DNA of 64,000 nt from a virus (Duplodnaviria; Caudoviricetes): the IMG/VR virus record IMGVR_UViG_3300034155_000027, positions 67,455 through 131,454 of that record. One strand, given 5' to 3'. The notes below the pieces were generated by a model. That model searched no databases. It saw only the letters and a list, made by a program, of their open reading frames with translations, and was not told the DNA's origin. Positions within the stretch are counted from its first letter, which is position 1; every line of letters starts with the position of its first letter. Below are positions 1-8,232 of the stretch, in pieces. The position numbers and the translations under genes were made by a program.

Positions 1-264
1 ACTGTTTTTAGATTTTTCATTTTCTTCTTTGGTTTTTTCTATTAGTGTCTGTCTAAACAATAAAATATAGCACGCATAACTAACTAAAATATCAGATAAT
101 TGATCAAGGTTTTCTGTATCTGTTATTTTTATATTTGTTACAGGTGCTTGTAAATTAAATGCTGAAAGAGATAATTCCAATGCTTGTGTAATTTGCTCAT
201 CAGTAATTATAAAATCATGAAAATTATAAATTCTAAAAGTGACTAGTTTGATTAATTTTTCCAT
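1..264 (-). CDS. Partial ORF (runs off window), paralog of the C-terminal domain of 965..1861
   Basis: Not in the ORF track. ATG at 264 gives MEKLIKLVTFRIYNFHDFIITDEQITQALELSLSAFNLQAP...LSDILVSYACYILLFRQTLIE, which aligns by eye with LVTFLCSALSMFNEIP...FHDVLTQGALYLALGAQSLIE. Confidence 0.65.
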   Translation of the reverse strand, partial: MEKLIKLVTFRIYNFHDFIITDEQITQALELSLSAFNLQAPVTNIKITDTENLDQLSDILVSYACYILLFRQTLIEKTKEENEKSKNS

Positions 265-286
265 TTTTCTTTTCCTTTAATTAAAT

Positions 287-334
287 TAATTCTTTGGTAA
301 AAACAATTGATATTATATTGTTACCAAAGAATTA
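287..334. repeat. 14-bp perfect inverted repeat made of two copies of the dispersed TTACCAAAGAA element
   Basis: TAATTCTTTGGTAA (287-300), 20-nt spacer, TTACCAAAGAATTA (321-334); intergenic. Confidence 0.9.
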
Positions 335-336
335 TT

Positions 337-594
337 TTATTTCCATATGTATTTTGTTGAATAACTTGTTAAATTTTTAAAAGGTATTGATGTTTGTGAA
401 ATTGTAGATGCACGAATACAGTTTTTAATTTCTTTTGGCTGAGCAAGTGCTGTTGCCGAATAACTTGGTACAATATCAAAATATTTCTCTTCAGATACTT
501 GCCTAGTAGAATAAGTTTGAAAAATAGTCGATTTTATACTTTTACAGAAATCTTCTGAAGAAATAACTATCGGACATATTTTCGTTTCGTTCAT
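337..594 (-). CDS. Hypothetical protein, tandem paralog of 608..943
   Basis: Shares KxCPIxISSxDFCKxxKSxIxQ...EKYFDIVPSYS with its neighbour. Confidence 0.75.
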   Translation of the reverse strand: MNETKICPIVISSEDFCKSIKSTIFQTYSTRQVSEEKYFDIVPSYSATALAQPKEIKNCIRASTISQTSIPFKNLTSYSTKYIWK

Positions 595-607
595 AACAAC
601 ACATATA

Positions 608-943
608 TCACTCTATTTTAACATTTGTTGGTATGTGTACTAAAATTTTATCGTTATGAAACGGGCACCGTTGAATACAACATTCTACACCTTGAATTTT
701 AAAAGGTATAAATATATTTACGCTTTGTAAAAACGCATAAGTATAAATACCGCTTTTAATTTCTTGTGGAAATCCTGAATGTCCCAAGTTACTTTGAAAA
801 GCTACTGAATAACTCGGAACAATATCAAAATATTTTTCTTTAGATAAATTTCCATAAGTATAATTTTGACAAATAGCCGATTTAACACCTTTACAAAAAT
901 CTTTTGAAGAAATTGTTATCGGACAAACTTTAGCTTCGTACAT
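608..943 (-). CDS. Hypothetical protein, tandem paralog of 337..594
   Basis: Clear protein and DNA similarity to 337..594; both have GTGATATAT just upstream. Confidence 0.75.
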   Translation of the reverse strand: MYEAKVCPITISSKDFCKGVKSAICQNYTYGNLSKEKYFDIVPSYSVAFQSNLGHSGFPQEIKSGIYTYAFLQSVNIFIPFKIQGVECCIQRCPFHNDKILVHIPTNVKIE

Positions 944-964
944 TAAATTAGATATATCACCGCT

Positions 965-1861
965 TTAAAAAATTTGTCTCTGCCTTAATGTACGTAATCT
1001 TCTAACCTGTGGAGATGTATTAGGAAATGATAAAGCTAACAATCCTAAAGGCGCACTTCTCATGTTATTTTTTATCAATTTGCATTTATCATACCAATTT
1101 GTCATCTCTGTCTGATATTTTGAATTTGCTAATTCTGAAATTGTCGGCGGTGTAAACCCTATCCCATTATCATTAATTTGAAACTCCCTTCCCCTCTCTA
1201 TCAATGACTGTGCCCCAAGTGCCAAATATAATGCCCCCTGCGTCAATACATCATGAAATTGCTCTATTATCGGCGTGTCTTCCCAAGAAAACATCGTGAA
1301 ATGTGGTATCTCATTAAACATCGAAAGCGCACTGCATAAAAATGTTACCAACTCATCTACAGTATAAATATCACAATCTTTATATATAATATTTCCATAC
1401 TCATCTGTCGTCTTAGATTTTCCACTGCTCTTTAACCTTGCCTTTAATGATTTTAATAATTGATTTATATTACATATTGCATTCTGTGAAAAATTAAAAC
1501 CTACATCGTCTCCAAGATGATGCTGCCCATCAGAATTTATCGCAGGCATCTGTGTGGTATGTACTACAAATGAAAATCCCTGTAATACCTCATACCCACC
1601 CAGTATCCCCCTCCAAATATCTTGCCATACCGCTAATTGAGGAAATAATCCAACACAATAATTAAATTGATATTGCCCTACTCCTATCCTTGTTACACCC
1701 ACATTAGTTGGCCCTACCGCCACACCACCACTAGGTTGTACTATCGTAACCGTTGGTAATGTATCAAGATCTATTTCAGTTCCCTCAGGACCAGTAAATC
1801 TTGCCCTTAACATTACTGTATCACCTGGTTGTATTATTTGTGATCTGGTAAGAATTGACAT
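965..1861 (-). CDS. Probable virion structural protein (neck/head-tail adaptor-like; N-terminal beta-rich domain plus helical domain)
   Basis: GGAG RBS upstream. The N-terminal domain resembles the C-terminal domain of 3722..5998. Function is inferred from general similarity to large-phage neck proteins. Confidence 0.5.
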   Translation of the reverse strand: MSILTRSQIIQPGDTVMLRARFTGPEGTEIDLDTLPTVTIVQPSGGVAVGPTNVGVTRIGVGQYQFNYCVGLFPQLAVWQDIWRGILGGYEVLQGFSFVVHTTQMPAINSDGQHHLGDDVGFNFSQNAICNINQLLKSLKARLKSSGKSKTTDEYGNIIYKDCDIYTVDELVTFLCSALSMFNEIPHFTMFSWEDTPIIEQFHDVLTQGALYLALGAQSLIERGREFQINDNGIGFTPPTISELANSKYQTEMTNWYDKCKLIKNNMRSAPLGLLALSFPNTSPQVRRLRTLRQRQIF

Positions 1862-1921
1862 TTTAAAAACTCCTTTATATATACCAAAAAATAGAGATAT
1901 TAAATATTTTTTATTAATTTA

Positions 1922-2302
1922 CATTTATCATACCAATTTGTAATCTCTGTCTGATATTCTGAATTTAATAATTCTGAAATTATAAAACTTGTTTCATTAT
2001 TAATTCTAAATTCTTTCCCGTTTTTTATCAATGACTGTGCCCCCAAGTACTAAATATAATGCTCCCTGTGTCAATACATCATGAAATTGCTCTATAATTA
2101 CTGTGTCTTCCCAAGAAAACATAGTAAAATGTGGTGTCTCATTAAACATCGAAAGAATAATATTTAAAAATATTATTAATTCATCTATCGTATAAATATC
2201 ACAATCATTGTTTTTGAGTTTTATTTTTAATGTTTTTAATAATTTATTAATATTATATATAGCATCAGGTTGTATTGTTTTTTGATCTGAAAATTTTAAC
2301 AT
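1922..2302 (-). pseudogene. Degenerate partial duplicate of 965..1861 with a frameshift
   Basis: MFNETPHFTMFSWEDT..IEQFHDVLTQGALYL is near-identical. TGCCCCCAAG (~2038) versus TGCCCCAAG (~1211) has one extra C that shifts the frame, while DNA similarity continues to ~1922. Confidence 0.75.
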
Positions 2303-2364
2303 TTAAAATATCCTTTATATATGCAAGAAAATGGATATATCAACATATATTTGGGAGCGCAAAA

Positions 2365-3150
2365 ATGGCAAATGAATTTAAAGTTGGCGGATGGATACAA
2401 GATCCAAAAAATAAATCATATAATCAATTTGAAAAATCTTCATTCTCTCTAACCGATGGAATGAGAGATGATATCGATCTTCGTCCCTTCTCTTCTCCAA
2501 GACATAATCAAGGATCTACAAGTACCTGTGTAGCCAATTCTGTTATCAAAGCCTTGGAAATAAAAAGAATATTAAAATATGGACCAGAAAAACATGTTGA
2601 TTTATCAAGATTAGATCTGTATTGGGGTGCCAGAGAACGTATGTCTCCCCCTATGACCGAATGGGATAATGGTACCTTTATCTATCTTGCCTGCGAAGTA
2701 TTAAAAGATTTTGGCGTTTGTAGCGAGGCCATGTATCCATTTTCTAACCAAAATGTATTTCAACGACCTCCAATTATGGCTAGCCGTGAAGCAAGATTAA
2801 ATAGAATTAAATCCTGTTTCAAAATCTTAAGTAGTGGCCAAAAAAGATTGGATGATATAATCTTTAATCTAAAAGCCGGAAACCCCGTTGTCTTTGGTAC
2901 CGAAGTCGGTTACGATTGGCAAAATTATCAAGGTGGCCCCAATCCCATAAAAATTGAAAGACAAGTTAAAGGTATGCACGCTATGTGCTGTTGCGGTTTC
3001 GCCAATGGTGTTTTTATTGTTGAAAATAGTTGGGGAGATTCTTGGGGAGAAAATGGATTTGCCTACGTTGCTCCAGAGGTTTTCCTTAGTCGAGCTACAA
3101 GCGATATTTGGGTTATACTTGACGGTTCTGAAAATTGGACGGAAAAATAA
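2365..3150 (+). CDS. Papain-like (C1 family) cysteine peptidase
   Basis: NQGSTSTC (oxyanion Q and catalytic C), GMHAM (His), ENSWGDSWGENG (Asn). Start moved to ATG 2365, which follows GGGAG. Confidence 0.9.
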   Translation: MANEFKVGGWIQDPKNKSYNQFEKSSFSLTDGMRDDIDLRPFSSPRHNQGSTSTCVANSVIKALEIKRILKYGPEKHVDLSRLDLYWGARERMSPPMTEWDNGTFIYLACEVLKDFGVCSEAMYPFSNQNVFQRPPIMASREARLNRIKSCFKILSSGQKRLDDIIFNLKAGNPVVFGTEVGYDWQNYQGGPNPIKIERQVKGMHAMCCCGFANGVFIVENSWGDSWGENGFAYVAPEVFLSRATSDIWVILDGSENWTEK

Positions 3151-3152
3151 TT

Positions 3153-3494
3153 ATGAAAAAAATAGCAATTATACTTAGTTTATTTCTTTTTAACTGTACT
3201 GATATTAATAAAAAAAATCATACCCCAATAGGTGTCAAAGATGATATTACCCTATGTGGAGACTCTTGCTCACATATTAAATTACTTAATTGTCAAGAAG
3301 GAAATGATTTAATATATCCAGGTTCTTCCTGTACCTTAGATGCAGAATGTCAAAATGGAATATGTAAAAATAATAAATGTACAGAAACCTGTGAAATGGT
3401 TTGTCAAGCATTAGCTATAGAAGGTAGATATCTCGGTTTGGAATGTTGGAAAACAATAACCAAATGTGAAGATATAGAAAAATTATGTCGCTAA
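3153..3494 (+). CDS. Cys-rich secreted protein / probable lipoprotein
   Basis: MKKIAIILSLFLFNC signal/lipobox-like N-terminus and many cysteines. Start moved to ATG 3153. Confidence 0.65.
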   Translation: MKKIAIILSLFLFNCTDINKKNHTPIGVKDDITLCGDSCSHIKLLNCQEGNDLIYPGSSCTLDAECQNGICKNNKCTETCEMVCQALAIEGRYLGLECWKTITKCEDIEKLCR

Positions 3495-3498
3495 ATCG

Positions 3499-3697
3499 GT
3501 CATAAACCCCACCAAGCTTCCGGCTTGGAAGGGGCTTGTTAAAGTCAATTATGCCAAAATTAAAACAACAAGTTAAATCAATGACTAGAGTATCCGATCT
3601 TCCTACTCGTAAGAGTAGGAAGATTAAGGAAACTGAATCATCTTCTCATGGCAGAGAAAAAAATATTTCCGATACTTCTCTAGTTGGAAATCTCTAT
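3499..3697 (+). ncRNA. Truncated IscB omegaRNA (HEARO-like) scaffold; IS200/IS605-family remnant without an iscB ORF
   Basis: 5' GTCAT (3499) pairs with ATGAC (3581). End hairpin ACCCC-ACCAAGC..GCTTGG-AAGGGGCTTG; hairpin TCTTCCTAC..GTAGGAAGA; then AAACTGAA..TTCTC-ATGGCA-GAGAA and TTTCC-GATACTTCTCTAGTT-GGAAA-TCTCT. This matches my recollection of the omegaRNA layout. Confidence 0.6.
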
Positions 3698-3721
3698 ACG
3701 GTCTTACCCAAAATACACTAG

Positions 3722-5998
3722 CTAAATCGGTGATACTGACGAAATACCAAACGGTCTTGCTGCATTAATAACTATCGTTTGGTATTTTGGAAGATTATTC
3801 TCTACCCAAAATACACTAGCTATATATGCTCCTAATGCATCTGCTCCAGTAGGTAAAAGTATTCCATGCGCATATAAACCACGATCAATGTTTGTCATAG
3901 CTTGAGGATAACCAGATGCTAATGACATGTCAGGGAAAATTATACTTTCTACAACAGGCACATATCCATCAGACCTGTATCCATCTGCGTTTAATGTATC
4001 AATAACAAATCGAACAGTTTGTCCTGTGTTTGCAAATATATAATCTGTTCCCATAGTAATAACTCTGTTTTGTGTTGTTTTAGCATTACCATTTATAGAT
4101 GCTGTTGCTCCACCAATATTTGCAGATATTGTTCCAGTTGTATGAACAGCATCTCCAATTATAGAGGCTACTGAAGCGCCTGCATTTACAACAATTATGC
4201 CTGTAGGTGTTGTAGATAAATAACCATCTATTGATGATACTGGAGCTCCAATATTTGCAGATATTGTTCCAGTTGTATGAACAGCATCTCCAATAATTGA
4301 TGCTATTGCTCCACCAATATTTGCAGATATTGTTCCAGTTGTATGAACAGCATCTCCAATAATTAATGCTGTTGCTCCACCAATATTTGCAGTAACTATT
4401 CCTGTTACAATTGAAGGTTCTACTACTCCAACAAGTGAAGCTACTGGAGCACCTGCATTTGTAGTAATTGTTCCAGTTGTTACATAACTATTGCCTAATA
4501 ATAATCTATTTACTTCTGAGTAATTAATTTCCGCAAGTACATGTAAACCTAAAGCTGTAAAATGAGCACCATCAGATTGATACATTATAGGATCTAATGG
4601 GTTATAAAAGAAATCTCTTAATCCTACAAATCCATCAGCATAAGTTGTCCAATTTTCTACTAATCCAGCATTTACTATTAAACAAGTATCTTCGTGTGAC
4701 TGACTATCAGCATCTGCTTTACTTATATCTTGAACAATAACTTTTAAATTATTATCATGACATTTAACACAAGTAGCCCACATTTCAGATAAAATAGTCG
4801 CAGCATCAACCCCAGAATGTGCAGAATTAAATCCTTCTTGAAAAATTACAATAGTTGGATGATTAGTTCTAACAACTGGCAAAACTCGTTCTTCAAACTG
4901 ATCTAATAAAGTAGCTGTTGTTTGCCCACTATATCCTAATTTAGTAACTTGACCAATACGAGATCCAAGTAAAATAGCAAGTTGTTCTGGATAATGCAAA
5001 GAAGGATCTGAAATTCCATATCCTGCAGTAACACTGTTTCCATAACAAATAATATCTGTAGATAACCAATCTATAATACCAGAAACATTTGCAATCGGAG
5101 CACCCGCAGCAGTAGTTATAATTCCAGTAGTATGGGTGGCATCTCCAGTTATAATTGCTATAGGAGCGCCTACATTTGCTGTAACAACGCCTGTAGATAT
5201 TGCGGTTTCCGAAATTCCAACAATAGAAGCAATTGCCCCACCTGCATTTGCTATAACATTTCCTGTTGTACGAGTGGTGGCATCTCCAATGATAGTTGTT
5301 ATAGGAGCGCCAGCATTAGCAATAATTGTTCCTGAAATAGCAAAATCAATACCAACATCTGATGTTGTGACAGTTCCAGTTGCTGTTACTGTTCTAGAAT
5401 TTCCAGATTTATCAGTATAATCACCATTCTCACCAGAAATAAATACCCAAGAAGAAGTTATTGGTGTTTTAGAAATGCTTTGTTCTGCTAATTGTTCTAA
5501 TGATAATGCAGTTTCCCATAAACCTACATATTGAATAGTTCCAAGAAGATATCGATCCCATCCTTGTGCAGCTCCAATATCAAAAGAATCTGGACTTTCA
5601 CCAATGTGACTTGTTACTACTCTAGAATCTACAGATGTTAAACTAGAACCTGGTGTATCACTCCAATATGTAGTGATGGTTATTGTTCCGCCGTTATTAC
5701 TCCATACATATGCAAAATACCACCATTTACCATTAGTAAAATTTTTAGTAGATATAGTTTCAAAATACGGTGGATAGTCTATAACCATCAACACAGCATT
5801 ATTGCTATCAGTACTTTGAAATTGCACACATTCAGATACATTATTTCCACTATAATGTATTGACCACATATTATGAAAACCACTATATGAACCTGCTGGT
5901 ATAAACACCCATCCAGCAATAGTCATTCCACTATCACGACTTGGAGGATTAGCTACTGATAAATAACTTATATTAGCTAATTTTGTTCCAACAGTCAT
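3722..5998 (-). CDS. Multidomain fibre/virion protein: LamG/ConA-like, beta-repeats, SGNH hydrolase, repeats, C-terminal beta domain
   Basis: MTIAGWV...WWYFAYVW...IGAAQG...GTIQYVGLW (LamG-like); YGNSVT, GYSGQT, GFNS, DGAH (SGNH blocks I, II, III, V). Confidence 0.75.
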   Translation of the reverse strand: MTVGTKLANISYLSVANPPSRDSGMTIAGWVFIPAGSYSGFHNMWSIHYSGNNVSECVQFQSTDSNNAVLMVIDYPPYFETISTKNFTNGKWWYFAYVWSNNGGTITITTYWSDTPGSSLTSVDSRVVTSHIGESPDSFDIGAAQGWDRYLLGTIQYVGLWETALSLEQLAEQSISKTPITSSWVFISGENGDYTDKSGNSRTVTATGTVTTSDVGIDFAISGTIIANAGAPITTIIGDATTRTTGNVIANAGGAIASIVGISETAISTGVVTANVGAPIAIITGDATHTTGIITTAAGAPIANVSGIIDWLSTDIICYGNSVTAGYGISDPSLHYPEQLAILLGSRIGQVTKLGYSGQTTATLLDQFEERVLPVVRTNHPTIVIFQEGFNSAHSGVDAATILSEMWATCVKCHDNNLKVIVQDISKADADSQSHEDTCLIVNAGLVENWTTYADGFVGLRDFFYNPLDPIMYQSDGAHFTALGLHVLAEINYSEVNRLLLGNSYVTTGTITTNAGAPVASLVGVVEPSIVTGIVTANIGGATALIIGDAVHTTGTISANIGGAIASIIGDAVHTTGTISANIGAPVSSIDGYLSTTPTGIIVVNAGASVASIIGDAVHTTGTISANIGGATASINGNAKTTQNRVITMGTDYIFANTGQTVRFVIDTLNADGYRSDGYVPVVESIIFPDMSLASGYPQAMTNIDRGLYAHGILLPTGADALGAYIASVFWVENNLPKYQTIVINAARPFGISSVSPI
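4100..4480 (-). repeat. 66-bp (22-aa) coding repeats TTGTISANIGGAIASIIGDAVH; degenerate copies also at ~5090-5340
   Basis: CCAATATTTGCAGATATTGTTCCAGTTGTATGAACAGCATCTCCAAT at ~4113, 4248 and 4314. Confidence 0.9.
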
Positions 5999-6213
5999 TT
6001 ATATTCTCCTTTTGATATGTCCTGTATTATACTATAATAAAATAATTCTGTATAATTTTTTTTAATAATGCTTGTCACGTTTTATGAGTTACAAATATAA
6101 TACAACTAGATGGTAAAACAGTTGAGCCTAAATAATTTATTAATTTTTCTTCAAAAGAATATAAATGAAAAATTACATCATTTGTAAATATAAATTTAAT
6201 CAATTTTTTTAAA

Positions 6214-6621
6214 TTAAGCACCGTCTGGTTGAGTAATAGTAAAAGCAGTAATTGAAATGGCTTTGCCAACCTCTGTTGTAAGTGATTCAAAAACAGCTTC
6301 TCCTCCACCACCAGTAAGCGTAGCTGTATGACAAGATAAAATAGTTCCACCAGAACTTTTACATACAATATGACCAATTGTTCCAGCAGAATCTGCGGAA
6401 GAATCTGCTGTAATAGCAGCGGCTGTCATCGTTCTATTTGCAGAATCTCCAAAAGCATCAGCTGCAAATGTTAATGTTCCTAATAATGTACCAGCTGGTT
6501 CAGAAGCAATTGCTACCCTTGCTCCAGTTCTACATTCAATTGTTCCTGAGTTATATGCTGTTGCTCTAGCATCATTCGCTGCATTAGATTGTGCTACTGA
6601 TTCAATCATGACTATCTCCAT
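6214..6621 (-). CDS. Small Ala/Thr/Gly-rich virion structural protein
   Basis: GTLLGTLTF..DAFG..AAAITADSSADSAGT pattern typical of small phage structural proteins found next to fibre genes. Confidence 0.6.
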   Translation of the reverse strand: MEIVMIESVAQSNAANDARATAYNSGTIECRTGARVAIASEPAGTLLGTLTFAADAFGDSANRTMTAAAITADSSADSAGTIGHIVCKSSGGTILSCHTATLTGGGGEAVFESLTTEVGKAISITAFTITQPDGA

Positions 6622-6831
6622 TTAAAAGGTTTGTTTCAACCGTTATTGATATACTAAAGTATTATTGGTTTTTTTTTGTTTTTACAAAAAAATTAAACCA
6701 ATTTTAAAAGCCTATCTCTTTTTTTTTATCATTAATATCTATATTACAATCCGTTACTTGATTAATATATTATTAAAATTCGGCATTAAACATGACAAAT
6801 TCAAAAGTTCTAAGAGTGTAAGTTTAAAGAA

Positions 6832-7284
6832 TTAGGTTATTTTATATTTAGGATCAATTGATAATATTGGTTGACGATCAGAGAAATCCATTTCAGCATT
6901 CTCTATTGCAAATTCTTCGTCAGTCCCATCTTCAAAATCTAAATCTGGAAAATCTTGAACTTCTATCTTAGTAGGCTTTTTAGCTGCCCTAAACTGATTA
7001 AAATCTAATTCTTTTGCTATATCAATTCGTGTTGAGAAAACTACAGGCTTTACCATTCTTACCTTTATATTTTCTTGTTTTTGATATATAGACCCTTTTT
7101 CTATACTTTCATCAATTTGTTTTCTTGAAAAAGAATATTTACTTTGCCCATTTTGTTTTTTAGCTAATAAATTAATACTTTTTCCGCAACCTAATGAAAT
7201 ACGCAAATCTCCCAAACTAACCGCATGAGTCTGGGAGATGTTGGTAATCCATAGCTCTTCTTGTATTCTATTTGGAATTTTCAA
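6832..7284 (-). CDS. Hypothetical protein
   Basis: 150-aa ORF overlapping the csp stop region; acidic C-terminus. Confidence 0.7.
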   Translation of the reverse strand: MKIPNRIQEELWITNISQTHAVSLGDLRISLGCGKSINLLAKKQNGQSKYSFSRKQIDESIEKGSIYQKQENIKVRMVKPVVFSTRIDIAKELDFNQFRAAKKPTKIEVQDFPDLDFEDGTDEEFAIENAEMDFSDRQPILSIDPKYKIT

Positions 7285-7498
7285 TGACTACTACCTCTGT
7301 AGCTTTTGGTTGCTTTCTATTATTTAATCCAATAGAAAAGGCTACAGTTTGATCTTTTTCTAATGTCTTAAATCCATCACCCTCTATATCTGACCAATGT
7401 ACAAATAAATCTTTTTCCCCTTCCCTGGATATAAACCCATATCCTAATGGCCTTGCCTTAAACCAAACCACTTTCCCAATATATTTTTCTTCTTTCAT
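7268..7498 (-). CDS. csp: Cold-shock domain protein
   Basis: GKVVWF, GYGFI (RNP1), DLFVHWSDI (RNP2), GFKTL. Start moved to MKEEK. Confidence 0.92.
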   Translation of the reverse strand: MKEEKYIGKVVWFKARPLGYGFISREGEKDLFVHWSDIEGDGFKTLEKDQTVAFSIGLNNRKQPKATEVVVIENSK

Positions 7499-7594
7499 TT
7501 TTTCCTTTCCCCTCACACGCACTATAACAAATTATGAGTGTTATTATCTGTTTAACATTGTTTTTGCACGATAACACTCACCATGTTAACAATA

Positions 7595-7888
7595 TTAGTC
7601 TAAGTTAACAACAGATTTACTTGCATCTATCTCTTCTTTATAAGATAAATCAGGTGGTAATATTTGACATCCATCAACTACCAATTCCCCAACACACCCA
7701 ATTGTTTTATGAATTTCTGCCAATCCCATAGCCGCTATATGCTTTCTCTCATATTCGTTTTTAGCTCCCTTTACCGCATCTTGGAATTTTATAATTAATC
7801 TCTTTACCTTATCCTCTACTCCCTGCTTGCGTGCTAATGCTAAAATAGATTTTATTGTGTCTTGCTCAGATATCAATTTCTTTCCCAT
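7595..7888 (-). CDS. Hypothetical protein
   Basis: 97-aa ORF with AGGAAG RBS. Confidence 0.7.
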   Translation of the reverse strand: MGKKLISEQDTIKSILALARKQGVEDKVKRLIIKFQDAVKGAKNEYERKHIAAMGLAEIHKTIGCVGELVVDGCQILPPDLSYKEEIDASKSVVNLD

Positions 7889-8219
7889 ATTCTTCCTTTA
7901 TGTTGTTACCAAAGAATTTCATTATATTAGGCTTGCTTTCTATATAAGGATTATCTATTCCTGGTATGTTTCTTATTCCATTTTTCTCATATACCAACGT
8001 TCTTCTATATGGTAATTTAGTAGATGGATATATTCCAATTATTTTTAAAAATCCAGCATGTGTTAAATTATGACAATTAGAACATAATACAACTAAATTA
8101 TTCCAATCATCAGTTGACTTTACATCTACCCTCGGTATTATATGATGCTTGTGCAATACCGACGTATTAGACTCCTTACATACTTCACATTCAATTGATT
8201 TGATCTTTTCTTTCTTCAC
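7866..8219 (-). CDS. HNH endonuclease
   Basis: CEVC...HKHHIIP...NNLVVLCSNCHNLTH. Confidence 0.88.
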   Translation of the reverse strand: MKKEKIKSIECEVCKESNTSVLHKHHIIPRVDVKSTDDWNNLVVLCSNCHNLTHAGFLKIIGIYPSTKLPYRRTLVYEKNGIRNIPGIDNPYIESKPNIMKFFGNNIKEEYGKEIDI

Positions 8220-8232
8220 ATATTATCATATA

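Noticed and set aside
965-2302. Duplicate pair as a diversity-generating retroelement TR/VR
   Set aside because: No reverse transcriptase in the window; differences include indels and are not confined to adenines.
3536-3721. 61-aa plus-strand ORF
   Set aside because: TTG start, no recognisable motif, and it overlaps the structured omegaRNA-like remnant.
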